A stretch of DNA of 64,000 bases from IMG/VR virus record IMGVR_UViG_3300031419_000529, positions 1-64,000 of that record; one strand, written 5' to 3'. Positions 19,576 to 30,017 of the stretch are shown here, piece after piece. The notes under the pieces are model-generated. The model ran no database searches. It was not told the origin of the DNA and saw only the letters and a list, made by a program, of their open reading frames with translations. This stretch comes from a virus. The translations under genes were made by a program, and so were the position numbers. The number at the start of each line of letters is the position of its first letter. The stretch's first letter is position 1.

Positions 19576-22500
19576 ATGGCAGAACAGGGTGGCGGTAAGC
19601 TTGTTTACGAGGTCGACATTGATGTTGCCCCCTTATTAAGCGGCAGCAACAAAGCAAAGGCTGAATTAGGTTCGCTGGGTGAAGCTGCACAAGAGGTTGC
19701 ACCAGGATTCGAAAAGCTCAGTAAAGGTGCGAAAGGTGTGTCATCAGCGCTGGTAATGCCCGAGGTTAATAAACTGTCAGCAAAACTTGCTCAATTATCC
19801 GGTAAAATTGGGGTTTCTACCGATGCCGCTACCGACGCTGTTATTTCTCAGAATAAGTTTTCTGGTGCGCTGAGCACGGTCGCTAGCACTTTGGGTGCTG
19901 GCTATGTATCGAACGTGGGGTCGGCAACAAACGCATTAATCAAGCACGCCAAGGAAGCCGTAGCTGCTACCAATGCGCAGCTTGAAAACGCTGTTGCGGC
20001 ACAGAAAGAAGCTGCTGCATTACAGGCATCAGCATCTCAGCTTGTGGTAAATGCTGCTGGTGAAAAAAAGCTAGCTGAGGCTGCTGCACAGGCAGCGGCT
20101 GCTGAGTTGCAAGTTGCCGAGGCGGTTTTTGCTCGAAAAGAGGCTGATATAGCTTCGCTTGAAGCATTGCTTTTACGCCAGAAGGAGTCTCTGCGCCAGT
20201 CAGAAGCAAATTTGCAGATCACTAATTCAGAGAAAGCTGTTGCCCAGGCTCTGCGCGACAGGAATGCAGTTGAGATCACGCAGAACAAAATACTGAAACA
20301 GTCAAACCAAGCGGTGAAGGAAGTAACCAATGCTGAGGACAAAGTAAAGGCCGCCAAAACCGCATCATTCGCCGCGAGTGAAAAGTTAACGCAGGCGATG
20401 GCACTGGAAGCTGTTGCGGTTGCCACTGTGGCTAAAGCTAATGATGCTGCAGTTATAGCAACAGAGAAATTAACATTTGCCGCCAAAGCTCAAGCCGTAG
20501 CCGTGACTGGAGCCAGAAACGCTTTATCTTTGCTTGGTGGCCCATCTGGAATCTTATTGTTGGCTGCTGCTGGGGTTTACGCCCTCTACCAAGCAATGAA
20601 AGATAATACATCGATAGATGACTATCGCTCAAAAGTTGATGAGGCGGTTAAAAAACTTGACGAATTAACAGCCAAGCAAGCCAAAGCTGCGTCAGGTCAG
20701 GCAAGCATAGTTATCAAAGCCGACACAAAAGAACTGGATAACGTTGGTGAGAAAATATCAGTAGTTCAGGCTCAAATATCATACATGGAGCAGAATCCCT
20801 TTGACTGGATGCAAAATAATCCTTTCAGGAATTACGATAAAGTTCTTGATGGTTTAAAAAGCAAACTAGTAATTTTGGGTGGTGAGCAGGATGACTTAAC
20901 AGTAAAAATAGGACAGACATCCGTTAGCCAGGAAAAACTAAATAAAGCGGCTGAGGCTGGCCCTGTGGCGACAGGAGATGCAGCGAAATCAGCAAGAATC
21001 TTATCAGATGTATTTAATACCTTGGCAAAGCAACAGGAGATTGTCACTTCAGCTGCAAATGATGGCGCTGAAGCTGCTGAGTTATTAGCGTATAAGCAGG
21101 AGCTTGAAAATAGGTATCTACAACAGGGTGTTGAAATAACCGATGATATAGCTTTAGCCATACAGCAAGCTGTAGATAAGAAGAGGGATCTATATGCTGA
21201 TGTAAAAACTACCGGATTTAAAAAATCATTAAAAGACATTCAGGACAATGTTGAAGCCTTAAAAATAGAAATGACTCAAGGAGCTGAGGCAGCTGCTGTT
21301 TATAGAGCTGAACTTGCCTTAAAGTCGGCAGGAGTAACCGACCCAAAGGAGGCTAAGGAATATACTGACGCAGTCCGTGAACAATACAAAGTACAGAAAA
21401 AACTGTCAGAAAGTAAAAGGAAGGAAAGCGGTGCAAGTAAGAGTACTGGTGGTTTAGCCAAACAGCAAAGTCAGGCTGCATCACTGCGCCGCGAATATGA
21501 ACTGCTGACATCTGGAACCGTGGATGTCGCACGCTCAATGGCGATATTCAACGCCGTTCAGAGTTTGGGGGCCAAGGCTACAGCCAAGCAGAAAGAGGAG
21601 GCCGCTGCTGAGGCTGCAGCGGTATTTGACCTAAAGCAAAAGGTCGATGATTTCCGTAAGGCTGCTGAGATTACGCCTGAGCTGAAGCTATCGAAGGCCT
21701 TCTCTGATGAAGCCAAAGAGCTGCAACGCCTATTTTCAGAAGGACTTATTGATGAGGAGGCGTTTAAAGAACTTGGCGCCAAGGCTAAGGCGAAGTTTGA
21801 CGAAGGAATGGCAGAGGCCAAATCTAATGCGGTTGTAAGCGCTAAGCAGGAAGCAGCAGCCAAGGTTGACCCGGTTCAGGCTCTCGCCAATGAGCACGCA
21901 AGAAAGCTCGAATTAATCAAACAGTTCGAAGCCAATGAGACACTCACACACGACCAGGCGCTTGCAATACGTAACGCCTCGGATACTGAGTACGAACGGC
22001 AAAGAATTGAGGCGCAGTGGGAGATATTCCGCAACCAAAACACGGCCAATGAGCTATTGGCAGCATCTCTTGATGGTGTGCAAAGCAGCGCATCAAGCGC
22101 CATTACTGGCCTACTCAATGGCACCCAGAGTCTTCAAGAGGCTTTCGCAAATATTGGATCAACCATTCTGAATAGTGTTGTTAGTAGTCTTGTTCAGATG
22201 GGCCTTGAGTGGGTGAAAAGCCAGGTTATGGGGCAGGCAGCTGCAACGGCCGGTTTGGCGGCAACGCTGGCACAGGCTACAGCAGCGGCATCAGCTTGGG
22301 CCCCAGCGGCAGTAAGTGCCTCAATAGCCACCATGGGGACAGCTTCATCAGTTGGCTCTACGGCTTATGCGACATCCCTGGCGGCAGCGAAGGGGCTTGC
22401 GCTGGCCGGCGCTCGTTATAATGGCGGCCCGGTATCTGCTGACTCCATGTACCGTGTTGGCGAGAAGGGCAAGCCAGAAATCTACCAGGCCAATAATGGC

Positions 22501-22731
22501 AATCAGTTCATGATCCCCGGCGATAATGGGCGCGTGATCAGCAATAAAGACATGCAGGGTGCTGGTGGTGGGGCTATTTCCCTGAGTCAAACAATGAATC
22601 TCACGATTCATACCACCGGGGGGATTGATCAACAGACCATTCAACAACTCCGCCAAGTGTGGAAAAGTGATATGATATTGATGATCAAGGATCAGCAGCG
22701 TTCTAAAGGATTATTATCCAGAACTAAGTAG
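19576..22731 (+). CDS. Tape measure protein
   Basis: 1051 aa Ala-rich helical protein; LLGGPSG and GARYNGGPV...VGEKGKPE motifs. Confidence 0.93.
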   Translation: MAEQGGGKLVYEVDIDVAPLLSGSNKAKAELGSLGEAAQEVAPGFEKLSKGAKGVSSALVMPEVNKLSAKLAQLSGKIGVSTDAATDAVISQNKFSGALSTVASTLGAGYVSNVGSATNALIKHAKEAVAATNAQLENAVAAQKEAAALQASASQLVVNAAGEKKLAEAAAQAAAAELQVAEAVFARKEADIASLEALLLRQKESLRQSEANLQITNSEKAVAQALRDRNAVEITQNKILKQSNQAVKEVTNAEDKVKAAKTASFAASEKLTQAMALEAVAVATVAKANDAAVIATEKLTFAAKAQAVAVTGARNALSLLGGPSGILLLAAAGVYALYQAMKDNTSIDDYRSKVDEAVKKLDELTAKQAKAASGQASIVIKADTKELDNVGEKISVVQAQISYMEQNPFDWMQNNPFRNYDKVLDGLKSKLVILGGEQDDLTVKIGQTSVSQEKLNKAAEAGPVATGDAAKSARILSDVFNTLAKQQEIVTSAANDGAEAAELLAYKQELENRYLQQGVEITDDIALAIQQAVDKKRDLYADVKTTGFKKSLKDIQDNVEALKIEMTQGAEAAAVYRAELALKSAGVTDPKEAKEYTDAVREQYKVQKKLSESKRKESGASKSTGGLAKQQSQAASLRREYELLTSGTVDVARSMAIFNAVQSLGAKATAKQKEEAAAEAAAVFDLKQKVDDFRKAAEITPELKLSKAFSDEAKELQRLFSEGLIDEEAFKELGAKAKAKFDEGMAEAKSNAVVSAKQEAAAKVDPVQALANEHARKLELIKQFEANETLTHDQALAIRNASDTEYERQRIEAQWEIFRNQNTANELLAASLDGVQSSASSAITGLLNGTQSLQEAFANIGSTILNSVVSSLVQMGLEWVKSQVMGQAAATAGLAATLAQATAAASAWAPAAVSASIATMGTASSVGSTAYATSLAAAKGLALAGARYNGGPVSADSMYRVGEKGKPEIYQANNGNQFMIPGDNGRVISNKDMQGAGGGAISLSQTMNLTIHTTGGIDQQTIQQLRQVWKSDMILMIKDQQRSKGLLSRTK

Positions 22732-22759
22732 ATAAAGTGAAATAGCTAAGGAGATGTAA

Positions 22760-22978
22760 ATGCACTATCAAATTGAAGACATTGCAGCTTTTAATTATCA
22801 AGAAGACAATGATTCAGGTATCGTTGCTACTGTGGTATTTATGTTCGAAGATCATAACCGTAACATTAAAGTAAATGTGAGAATTGATCTTGATAGAGAG
22901 GCGCCACTCTCGGTTATTGAGCAACGTCTTTTTGATAAAGCAAAAGCTCAACTGAAAGAGTTGGTATCAGAGATTTAA
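22760..22978 (+). CDS. Hypothetical protein
   Basis: RBS TAAGGAG; terminator at 23000-23020. Confidence 0.7.
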   Translation: MHYQIEDIAAFNYQEDNDSGIVATVVFMFEDHNRNIKVNVRIDLDREAPLSVIEQRLFDKAKAQLKELVSEI

Positions 22979-23038
22979 TTTCAAGACCGCACATCAATAG
23001 ACCCGCTCCGGCGGGTTTTTTAACGCCTGGAGTATTCT

Positions 23039-23389
23039 ATGGCAGAAACATTCAGATGGGTTCCGCAAGCCGGATTCCAGGTTTCGCGTGCGCCGGATGT
23101 GGCCGTAGTGAAACTTGGCGACGGCTACGAACAGCGGCAGGTCAAGGGTATCAATCCACTGCTGGATAAATACTCCCTGACATTCAAAGGCACCAACGGC
23201 GCATGTGACAGGCCAAATCCTGCTGTCGATGCAGAGTTATTTTTAAAGGCCAGGATGGCGGTGGAGTCATTTTATTGGACGCCACCGGATACCGAGCGGC
23301 TAGCGTTGTTTGTTTGTCGCAGTTGGTCAATGACCAAGAGTCGCGGCTATTACGAATTAACAGCCGATTTTGAGCAAGTAATACGATAA
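23039..23389 (+). CDS. Minor tail protein M-like (distal tail)
   Basis: VKLGDGYEQRQVKGIN, FYWTPP. Confidence 0.9.
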   Translation: MAETFRWVPQAGFQVSRAPDVAVVKLGDGYEQRQVKGINPLLDKYSLTFKGTNGACDRPNPAVDAELFLKARMAVESFYWTPPDTERLALFVCRSWSMTKSRGYYELTADFEQVIR

Positions 23390-23410
23390 GCCGAAAGGCC
23401 GGAGCGAATT

Positions 23411-23863
23411 ATGGAAAAATATGATTGTAGTATGCGTATTGGCATAAATGTTGATGCATCTGAGCTTGATAAAACGGAAGCGCAGTTAAAACGTATCGTC
23501 GATTTATTAGAGCGTATCAATAAACCGGGCCGAATTACCACTACTTATGGTGAACAAAACTTGCGTTGTGTATTGGGGTCGCTGTCGGTCGAGCATAGCT
23601 CTGTTTTTATCAAGAATGCCACCATTCAAGAGGCGATTTTTTCTGCTAATAATTTTCAGATCGCTGGCGGGGCGGAGACGAGCAGTTCAGCCAACGATAA
23701 AGGTGCAATTGACGAAAATGTTGAGTCTATTTTACAGAGTGCGCTTGCCAATAAAAAAGATGCTGCCAACGACATTAAAACCAACAATGTCGACAGCCAT
23801 TATGACGAGCTGAACAAAAAGCTTGATTACATTATTTCTTTGATGTCATCACCACAGCTTTAA
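23411..23863 (+). CDS. Hypothetical protein inserted between M and L
   Basis: 150-aa ORF with RBS GGAG. Confidence 0.65.
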   Translation: MEKYDCSMRIGINVDASELDKTEAQLKRIVDLLERINKPGRITTTYGEQNLRCVLGSLSVEHSSVFIKNATIQEAIFSANNFQIAGGAETSSSANDKGAIDENVESILQSALANKKDAANDIKTNNVDSHYDELNKKLDYIISLMSSPQL

Positions 23864-23890
23864 TTGCTGGGTTGTTTTTATAGGTGCGAA

Positions 23891-24595
23891 ATGCGAGACA
23901 TACCAGCAGAACTTATCATCGAAAGCGTCGATGCCGGTGTGGGGGCGATGATTGACCTGTTTGAGGTCGATTTGCAGCCCTTTGGCGGTGACGTGGTGCG
24001 CTTTCAATCTGGCGTTAATGCCAATTACAGCGATGTTATTTGGCAAGGAAAGCGATATTCAGCCTATCCGATAAAGGTAGAGGGATTCGAAACCAAGTCG
24101 GAGGGCGTTTATTCCCGTCCTTCAATGTCAGTGGCTAATATCACTGGGCTTATAACCGGCATTAACAGTGACTTTGACGACGCGCTTGGCGCAATAGTCA
24201 CCCGCCGTCAGGTTCTGGTTAAGCACCTTGATGCGGCTAATTTCCCCAATGGCAACCCTGATGCCGATAGCACGATGGAGGCGGTGTCCAGGTACGTTAT
24301 CGAAGAGATGGCAGAAGAAACCTTTGAAGAGGTGACGTACAACCTTGCTACCCCGGTGGATTGCGATAACGCCATTATTCCAGCTCGCACCATTCTGGCT
24401 GACGTTTGCCAATGGATCTACAGAGGTGACGGGTGCGGGTATAGCGGACCGCCTGTCGCTGATGAAAAGGATAACCCAACAACCGATCCCGCCAAGGATA
24501 AGTGCTCGAAGTGTCTGCGTGGCTGTCGATTCCGATACCCGAAGCCAACTCCGTTGAAATTTGGCGGATATCCCGGTGCTGCCAAGGTGTCATGA
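23891..24595 (+). CDS. Minor tail protein L-like
   Basis: CQWIYRGDGCGY, DKCSKCLRGC, FGGYPG. Confidence 0.92.
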   Translation: MRDIPAELIIESVDAGVGAMIDLFEVDLQPFGGDVVRFQSGVNANYSDVIWQGKRYSAYPIKVEGFETKSEGVYSRPSMSVANITGLITGINSDFDDALGAIVTRRQVLVKHLDAANFPNGNPDADSTMEAVSRYVIEEMAEETFEEVTYNLATPVDCDNAIIPARTILADVCQWIYRGDGCGYSGPPVADEKDNPTTDPAKDKCSKCLRGCRFRYPKPTPLKFGGYPGAAKVS

Positions 24596-25320
24596 TGATT
24601 GAACAGGAATGCATAGCGTACGCGGCCAGCGCGTCACAAGAGGTCTGTGGACTGATCATCGACAATCGCCGGCTATGGCGCTGCCCAAATGGGCACCCAG
24701 AACCGGGTAAGCACTTTAGGATAGATGACAGAGACTGGCTGAAGGCTGAGACGGCGGGAGAAATCACCGCCGTTTTTCATTCTCACCCTGGGAATAATTT
24801 AACGCTCTCGGGGGCCGACCGAACTGCACAGATTGCTACCGATTTGCCCTGGTGGTTGGTGAGTGCTGGGAAGCTGCGAAAGTATCGACCTGTGCCGCAT
24901 CTGTTGGGGCGCAAGTTTGAACATGGCGTGATGGATTGCTACACGCTGTTTCGCGACGCCTATCACCTGTGTGGCATTGACCTGCCAGATTTCGAGCGTA
25001 CCACTGGCTGGTGGGTGAGAGGGGAAGATCTCTATATCAAAAATATGGTGAAAAACGGTTTTTACCCGGTCACGCCAGCAGACATTATCCCCGGTGATGT
25101 GATCATACGTCGTGCATTCCCTGAGTCAGATCCCTGCCACGCCATGATTTACCTCGGCGAAAATACCGTTTTGCATCACGAGAACGCCGGTTTATACAGC
25201 CGCCGCGAGCCATACCGTCAGGCTTATGTACGGTTGACACATTCCATCTGGAGGCATCAGCAATGCTCGTCTTTAAATTTGCAGGCGCTTTACGCCGACA
25301 TTTCCGCCAGGTCGCTCTGA
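24592..25320 (+). CDS. Tail assembly protein K-like (JAB + NlpC/P60)
   Basis: EVCG, HSHP, LSGAD; GVMDCYTL. Confidence 0.92.
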   Translation: MMIEQECIAYAASASQEVCGLIIDNRRLWRCPNGHPEPGKHFRIDDRDWLKAETAGEITAVFHSHPGNNLTLSGADRTAQIATDLPWWLVSAGKLRKYRPVPHLLGRKFEHGVMDCYTLFRDAYHLCGIDLPDFERTTGWWVRGEDLYIKNMVKNGFYPVTPADIIPGDVIIRRAFPESDPCHAMIYLGENTVLHHENAGLYSRREPYRQAYVRLTHSIWRHQQCSSLNLQALYADISARSL

Positions 25321-25790
25321 ACGTAGAAACCCCATCCCAAGGCCTGCGCCTGCTCCTCTCTCAAAATCCGGCATTTAAACGCGATTTCTATCGCTCTCGA
25401 TTACGTATGCGCGTTGCCGGTACTGATATACAGGCTGACGGGGTGGACTTTCACCTGAACCGAAGGCTGCCGGATGGCTCAACGGTGTTATTCGTGCCGG
25501 TGGTTGAGGGGGCTCTGGGGCTTACTGTGGCTGCGTGGGTGGTAATCGGTTTAACGGTGGCCGCCACGGCTTATTCGCTGTATCTGACCTCAACAATGAA
25601 AACCAAAACATCGGCGGAGTCTGCTCAGGATAATTCCATAACCAATAACTCATTCACCAGCGCAGAAAATAGAGTTGGCCAGGGTAGACCTGTGCCGATA
25701 CTGCTGGGGGAAATGGTGGTGGGGAGCAACGTGATTAGTCTCGGCATCGATACATCAAATAATAAAGATTGGACTGAATCCATCAGTTAA
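25263..25790 (+). CDS. Tail assembly protein I-like
   Basis: VPVVEG; GQGRPVPILLGEMVVGS. Confidence 0.9.
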   Translation: MLVFKFAGALRRHFRQVALNVETPSQGLRLLLSQNPAFKRDFYRSRLRMRVAGTDIQADGVDFHLNRRLPDGSTVLFVPVVEGALGLTVAAWVVIGLTVAATAYSLYLTSTMKTKTSAESAQDNSITNNSFTSAENRVGQGRPVPILLGEMVVGSNVISLGIDTSNNKDWTESIS

Positions 25791-25799
25791 GGTGAAGGC

Positions 25800-28700
25800 A
25801 TGAGCTCAGGCGGCGGTGGGGGCAGCACCCCTACACTTATCAACGACAACCTCACTTCGAAGCAATTCTACCGCGTTCTTGATCTCATATCCGAAGGTCC
25901 TATCTACGGGCCGGTCGACCAGGAACATCTTTCTTCATTCATGCTGAACAAAACGCCGGTTACTGATACGCAGGGCAATGCGACTATCAACGGTGTCAGC
26001 GTAGCCTGGCGCCCAGGCTCTGAAGGTCAGCAACCGATAAATGGTTTTGACGCCATTGAAGCAACAACCATTGTTAACAACGAAGTGAAATTTGATACCC
26101 CGTTGGTCCGCACGATTACGGATACGGATGTCGACCGTGTGCGGGTCAACCTCGGCGTAACAAGCCTGGTAGAGCAGGATGATAAAGGAAATCAGAAACC
26201 CAACACATCCGTTACCATGGTCATCGAGGCACGCTCTGACAACAATGCTTTTCAGGTAATCAAAACCGTCACTATCACCGGGAAAATTTCCGGCCAGTAC
26301 TTGGAAGCGCATGTGATCGACGCTCCAGAGCGCAAGCCATTTGATATTAGGGTGCGTCGAATCACGCCAGACAGCACCAGCGACTTGCTGAATAACGGCA
26401 CTATCTGGAACAGTTTCACGGAAATTTCAGATTACAACCTGTCCTACCCCTATGCGGCGATCGCCGGCGCAGTGATTGACCGCGACCAATACACCGATAC
26501 GCCAGCGAGAAATTATCACCTTCGCGGCCTGATCGTTGACGTTCCGGATAATTACGACCCGATTAACCGCACCTATACCGGGCTATGGCAAGGTGGTTTT
26601 AAATCAGCCTGGACGAACAACCCAGCATGGCTATTCCGGTCGCTGGTGAAAAGTAACCGTTTTGGCCTGGCAAGGCGTGCCGGCTATGTCGACATTGATG
26701 ATGGCAGCCTGTACGTACTGTCCCAATTTTGTGATCAGCTCGTTAACGATGGCTACGGCGGCAAAGAACCTCGCTTTACCCTGAATGCCTATATCACCGA
26801 GCAGAAGGGCGCTCGCGATATTCTGGACAGCATCGCCAGCATGTTTCGCGGGATCGCGTTATGGGACGGCATGCGCTTTTCTATCATGCTCGATCATCCG
26901 CAAGACCCAGTAATGGCGGTGACCAACGCCAATGTGGTTGATGGCCACTTTGCTTACAGCTCGATGAAGCGTTCCGAACGCTACAATGCCGTGGTCGTAT
27001 CATGGACAGATCCCAATAACGGTTGGGAGCAGGTGAAAGAGTACGTGTCTGACGATGCGATGATAAGCAGCAGTGGCGCCTATAACGAAACCACCACTGA
27101 GGCCTTTGGCTGCACCTCACGCGGGCAGGCGTGGCGTACCGGTAAATGGCTGCTGGAAAGCTGCAAGCGCGAGGCCCGCAAAGTCACGTTCCAGATGGCC
27201 CGTGATGCTATCGGCTTTATGCCTGGTGACATTATCGAGCTGATGGATAATCGCCGTGCAGCGACCCGTTTAGGTGGCAGGATCATCAGCCACAATGGTG
27301 CTGATATTACTGTAGATGCTGACGTGTCTGAATTGGCCAGCAGTAGCGACACCATGGCAATCATGGGGAGCGATGCGAAGCTCGTTCACTATGACATCGC
27401 CAGAGTGTCAGGCTCGGTTATTACGCTCAAAACTGCGCCTGCCTGGGTGAAAGACGGCACTATCTTTGTTATCTCGACCCGCTCGGTAGTTGCTCGCCTG
27501 TATCGCATCATGGGCGTAAAAGAAGATGACAATAACTCCACTTACTCAATTTCTGCGACGTTACATGATCCGAACAAGCAGGCCATTGTTGACGATGGCG
27601 CAGTGTTCGACATTCCTGACGATACGATGAATGGCTATCGGGTCCCCAATGTGGAAAACCTGAAAATCATCAACACCAACAATGAAACGGTGCAGGTTAC
27701 GGCGACATGGGAAACCTCCACCGCGACCAAAAAGCTGATGTTTGAACTGTACGTCTACACCGAGAATGGCAAGCTGGTTTCGCAGTACGAAACAGACCAG
27801 TTCCGTTATGAGTTTTATGGGCTGGATGCCGGGTCCTACACGCTTGGTGTGCGTGGCCGTAATGAGAACGGAATGAAAGGTGCCGAAACTCAGGTTAGCC
27901 TGGTTATTGGCGCGCCGTCTGTGCCCTCCAGTGTTATCTGGACCCCGGGCATATTCTCGGCTGACATCGTGCCGGTCATGCGCGTTACGGCCACTACGGA
28001 CACGACCTTTGAGTTTTGGTATTCCGGCACCACGAAAATTACCAACCCTAACCAGATTGAAGATAACAGCCAGTTCCTCGGTCGCTCCAGCCAGTGGACG
28101 CTGCACAATCTTAAAGGTGACACCACGTACTACATGTACGTCCGCACAAAAAATGCTTTCGGCATGTCGCCATTCATTGAAGCATCCGGACAGGCATCAT
28201 CAGAAATTCCCGGCATGATTGATTATATCGATAATGCCATCAGGGATTCTGAGGCGTTCGAAAACGTCAAAAACGGTGTTGATACCAATATTGAAGGTAT
28301 TTTGCAGAATGCGTTGGCAAACGATGCGACCGTCAATCACCAGTGGAAGCAGTACGGTGAAGTTCGGGCAGACGTTATCACCATCCGCACAACCGTTGCC
28401 ACCGTTGAAGGTTCGCTTGCCGATCTGACCGATATTGTGCAGGCGCAGTACGGCGAACTTACCGCAGCAGTAAACCAGAAGCTTACTGCCGAGGTTAAGG
28501 ACGATGGTACAGCCAAAGCATCTTACACGCTCAATCTCGGCATTGAGCGCAATGGCGTCATGTACAACACCGGTTTTGGCATGAGCATCGAGCCAAACGG
28601 CAGTGGGGGGTATAAATCAACGGCGGTGTTTGCCGCTGACCAGTTCGGGATTTATACGGGGAGCGATCCGGGTAACTACGAAGCCGCGTTCTTAGTCTAT

Positions 28701-28979
28701 AACGGGCAAGTGTTCATCAACTCAGCATTTATTCAGGATGCCTCGATCACTTCGGCGAAAATCAAGGATGCCGCGATTACCAACGCCAAAATCAGCGGTT
28801 TTATTCAGTCTGACAATTTCAATGCCACCAACGGATGGTACTTAGGTAAAAGCGGCTCCGGCGCTGGACAGTTTCAGGTAAACGGCGGTGACGGCAACGG
28901 GCGCATGGAGATACGCGGTGATCGAATTAATATTTATGACGCCGGCGGTAATCTGAAAGTGAGATTAGGGAGGTTGTAA
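25800..28979 (+). CDS. Central tail fibre / host specificity protein J-like
   Basis: LISEGPI, WTNNPAW, AFGCTSRGQA, VFINSAFIQDASITSAKI. Confidence 0.93.
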   Translation: MSSGGGGGSTPTLINDNLTSKQFYRVLDLISEGPIYGPVDQEHLSSFMLNKTPVTDTQGNATINGVSVAWRPGSEGQQPINGFDAIEATTIVNNEVKFDTPLVRTITDTDVDRVRVNLGVTSLVEQDDKGNQKPNTSVTMVIEARSDNNAFQVIKTVTITGKISGQYLEAHVIDAPERKPFDIRVRRITPDSTSDLLNNGTIWNSFTEISDYNLSYPYAAIAGAVIDRDQYTDTPARNYHLRGLIVDVPDNYDPINRTYTGLWQGGFKSAWTNNPAWLFRSLVKSNRFGLARRAGYVDIDDGSLYVLSQFCDQLVNDGYGGKEPRFTLNAYITEQKGARDILDSIASMFRGIALWDGMRFSIMLDHPQDPVMAVTNANVVDGHFAYSSMKRSERYNAVVVSWTDPNNGWEQVKEYVSDDAMISSSGAYNETTTEAFGCTSRGQAWRTGKWLLESCKREARKVTFQMARDAIGFMPGDIIELMDNRRAATRLGGRIISHNGADITVDADVSELASSSDTMAIMGSDAKLVHYDIARVSGSVITLKTAPAWVKDGTIFVISTRSVVARLYRIMGVKEDDNNSTYSISATLHDPNKQAIVDDGAVFDIPDDTMNGYRVPNVENLKIINTNNETVQVTATWETSTATKKLMFELYVYTENGKLVSQYETDQFRYEFYGLDAGSYTLGVRGRNENGMKGAETQVSLVIGAPSVPSSVIWTPGIFSADIVPVMRVTATTDTTFEFWYSGTTKITNPNQIEDNSQFLGRSSQWTLHNLKGDTTYYMYVRTKNAFGMSPFIEASGQASSEIPGMIDYIDNAIRDSEAFENVKNGVDTNIEGILQNALANDATVNHQWKQYGEVRADVITIRTTVATVEGSLADLTDIVQAQYGELTAAVNQKLTAEVKDDGTAKASYTLNLGIERNGVMYNTGFGMSIEPNGSGGYKSTAVFAADQFGIYTGSDPGNYEAAFLVYNGQVFINSAFIQDASITSAKIKDAAITNAKISGFIQSDNFNATNGWYLGKSGSGAGQFQVNGGDGNGRMEIRGDRINIYDAGGNLKVRLGRL

Positions 28980-29968
28980 TGGCTTACGGGCTGATGATGA
29001 ATGGTAGGGAGTTGATAGCAGTAAATAGCCCGTCACTGTTAGCCAACGATAAAGAACCCTGGGCCGACGGTAATAGGCAAAAGATATATACTCCCCCGGA
29101 TTATGTTCCGGGGAACCCGGTTTTTATCGTTGGGCAGACTGGCTATATCTTTGGGAGCGCGACCAATCCGCCATTTTACGGAGGGATCACAGGTTGGCGA
29201 ACCGATGGGAATCGAATCATCGTTGATTTTTCCTCGGCAAACAATCAGGCTCTTTTTACCGAGTTCAGCATATATCAGGTTCAAACTCCGCAATCAGTTT
29301 CCGGGAATTATGGGATCATGATTCAAAACTCAGTTGACTGGATGAGCATTAACAGCGAGCAACGCCTTGGTTTTGTTGCTTGGAAAGGGATAGTGACAAT
29401 AAACGGGCAATGGACTTTGCCAACTGTTCAAAATGACAATACGAAAGTAGTTTATGTTCGTTGTGATGATCCCGGCGTGTCTGTTTATCACTCAGTTGAA
29501 TATAACGAATTAACGGTGTCGCGTGATAATGGGAGTGGGGAACCTTTCCGCACCACTGCTAACGTACAAGTTGTGATTATGAATAGTGGGTATTATCCGC
29601 CAACTCCCAGCGGCTTCGGCATGGTGATTAAAAATGACAATGGGAACAATACATTTACGAGTGATTGTGAGCCGTTAGTCTGGGATGGCCGTTCGGTAAG
29701 CGTGGGGGCTAACCCGGATGATTTAGTCAATACGGGCATTGCGAGGCCCATGATACCCCTTGCCGTAAATGCATTCATGCGCGGTAACTCGGAAATGAGC
29801 GGGGGATATTATAACTATTATAGTTGTGGCTATAGATTTAACGGCTCGGCGGTGCAATTCTGGCGTGCTGATTCAGGGCGTAAAATACAGACGAAATGGA
29901 ATGTATCAACGCGATGGTATTCATCCCAGATGCCACTCATGGTTATAAACGCTGACCACTACTTCTAA
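28979..29968 (+). CDS. Tail-tip associated protein (candidate receptor-binding protein)
   Basis: Coupled to J; three (Y/F)G(L/I/M)xI-type repeats. Confidence 0.7.
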   Translation: MAYGLMMNGRELIAVNSPSLLANDKEPWADGNRQKIYTPPDYVPGNPVFIVGQTGYIFGSATNPPFYGGITGWRTDGNRIIVDFSSANNQALFTEFSIYQVQTPQSVSGNYGIMIQNSVDWMSINSEQRLGFVAWKGIVTINGQWTLPTVQNDNTKVVYVRCDDPGVSVYHSVEYNELTVSRDNGSGEPFRTTANVQVVIMNSGYYPPTPSGFGMVIKNDNGNNTFTSDCEPLVWDGRSVSVGANPDDLVNTGIARPMIPLAVNAFMRGNSEMSGGYYNYYSCGYRFNGSAVQFWRADSGRKIQTKWNVSTRWYSSQMPLMVINADHYF

Positions 29969-30017
29969 CAACCGGCCATTGAGCCGGTTTTTTTATATCT
30001 GAATTCAGGAGAACATC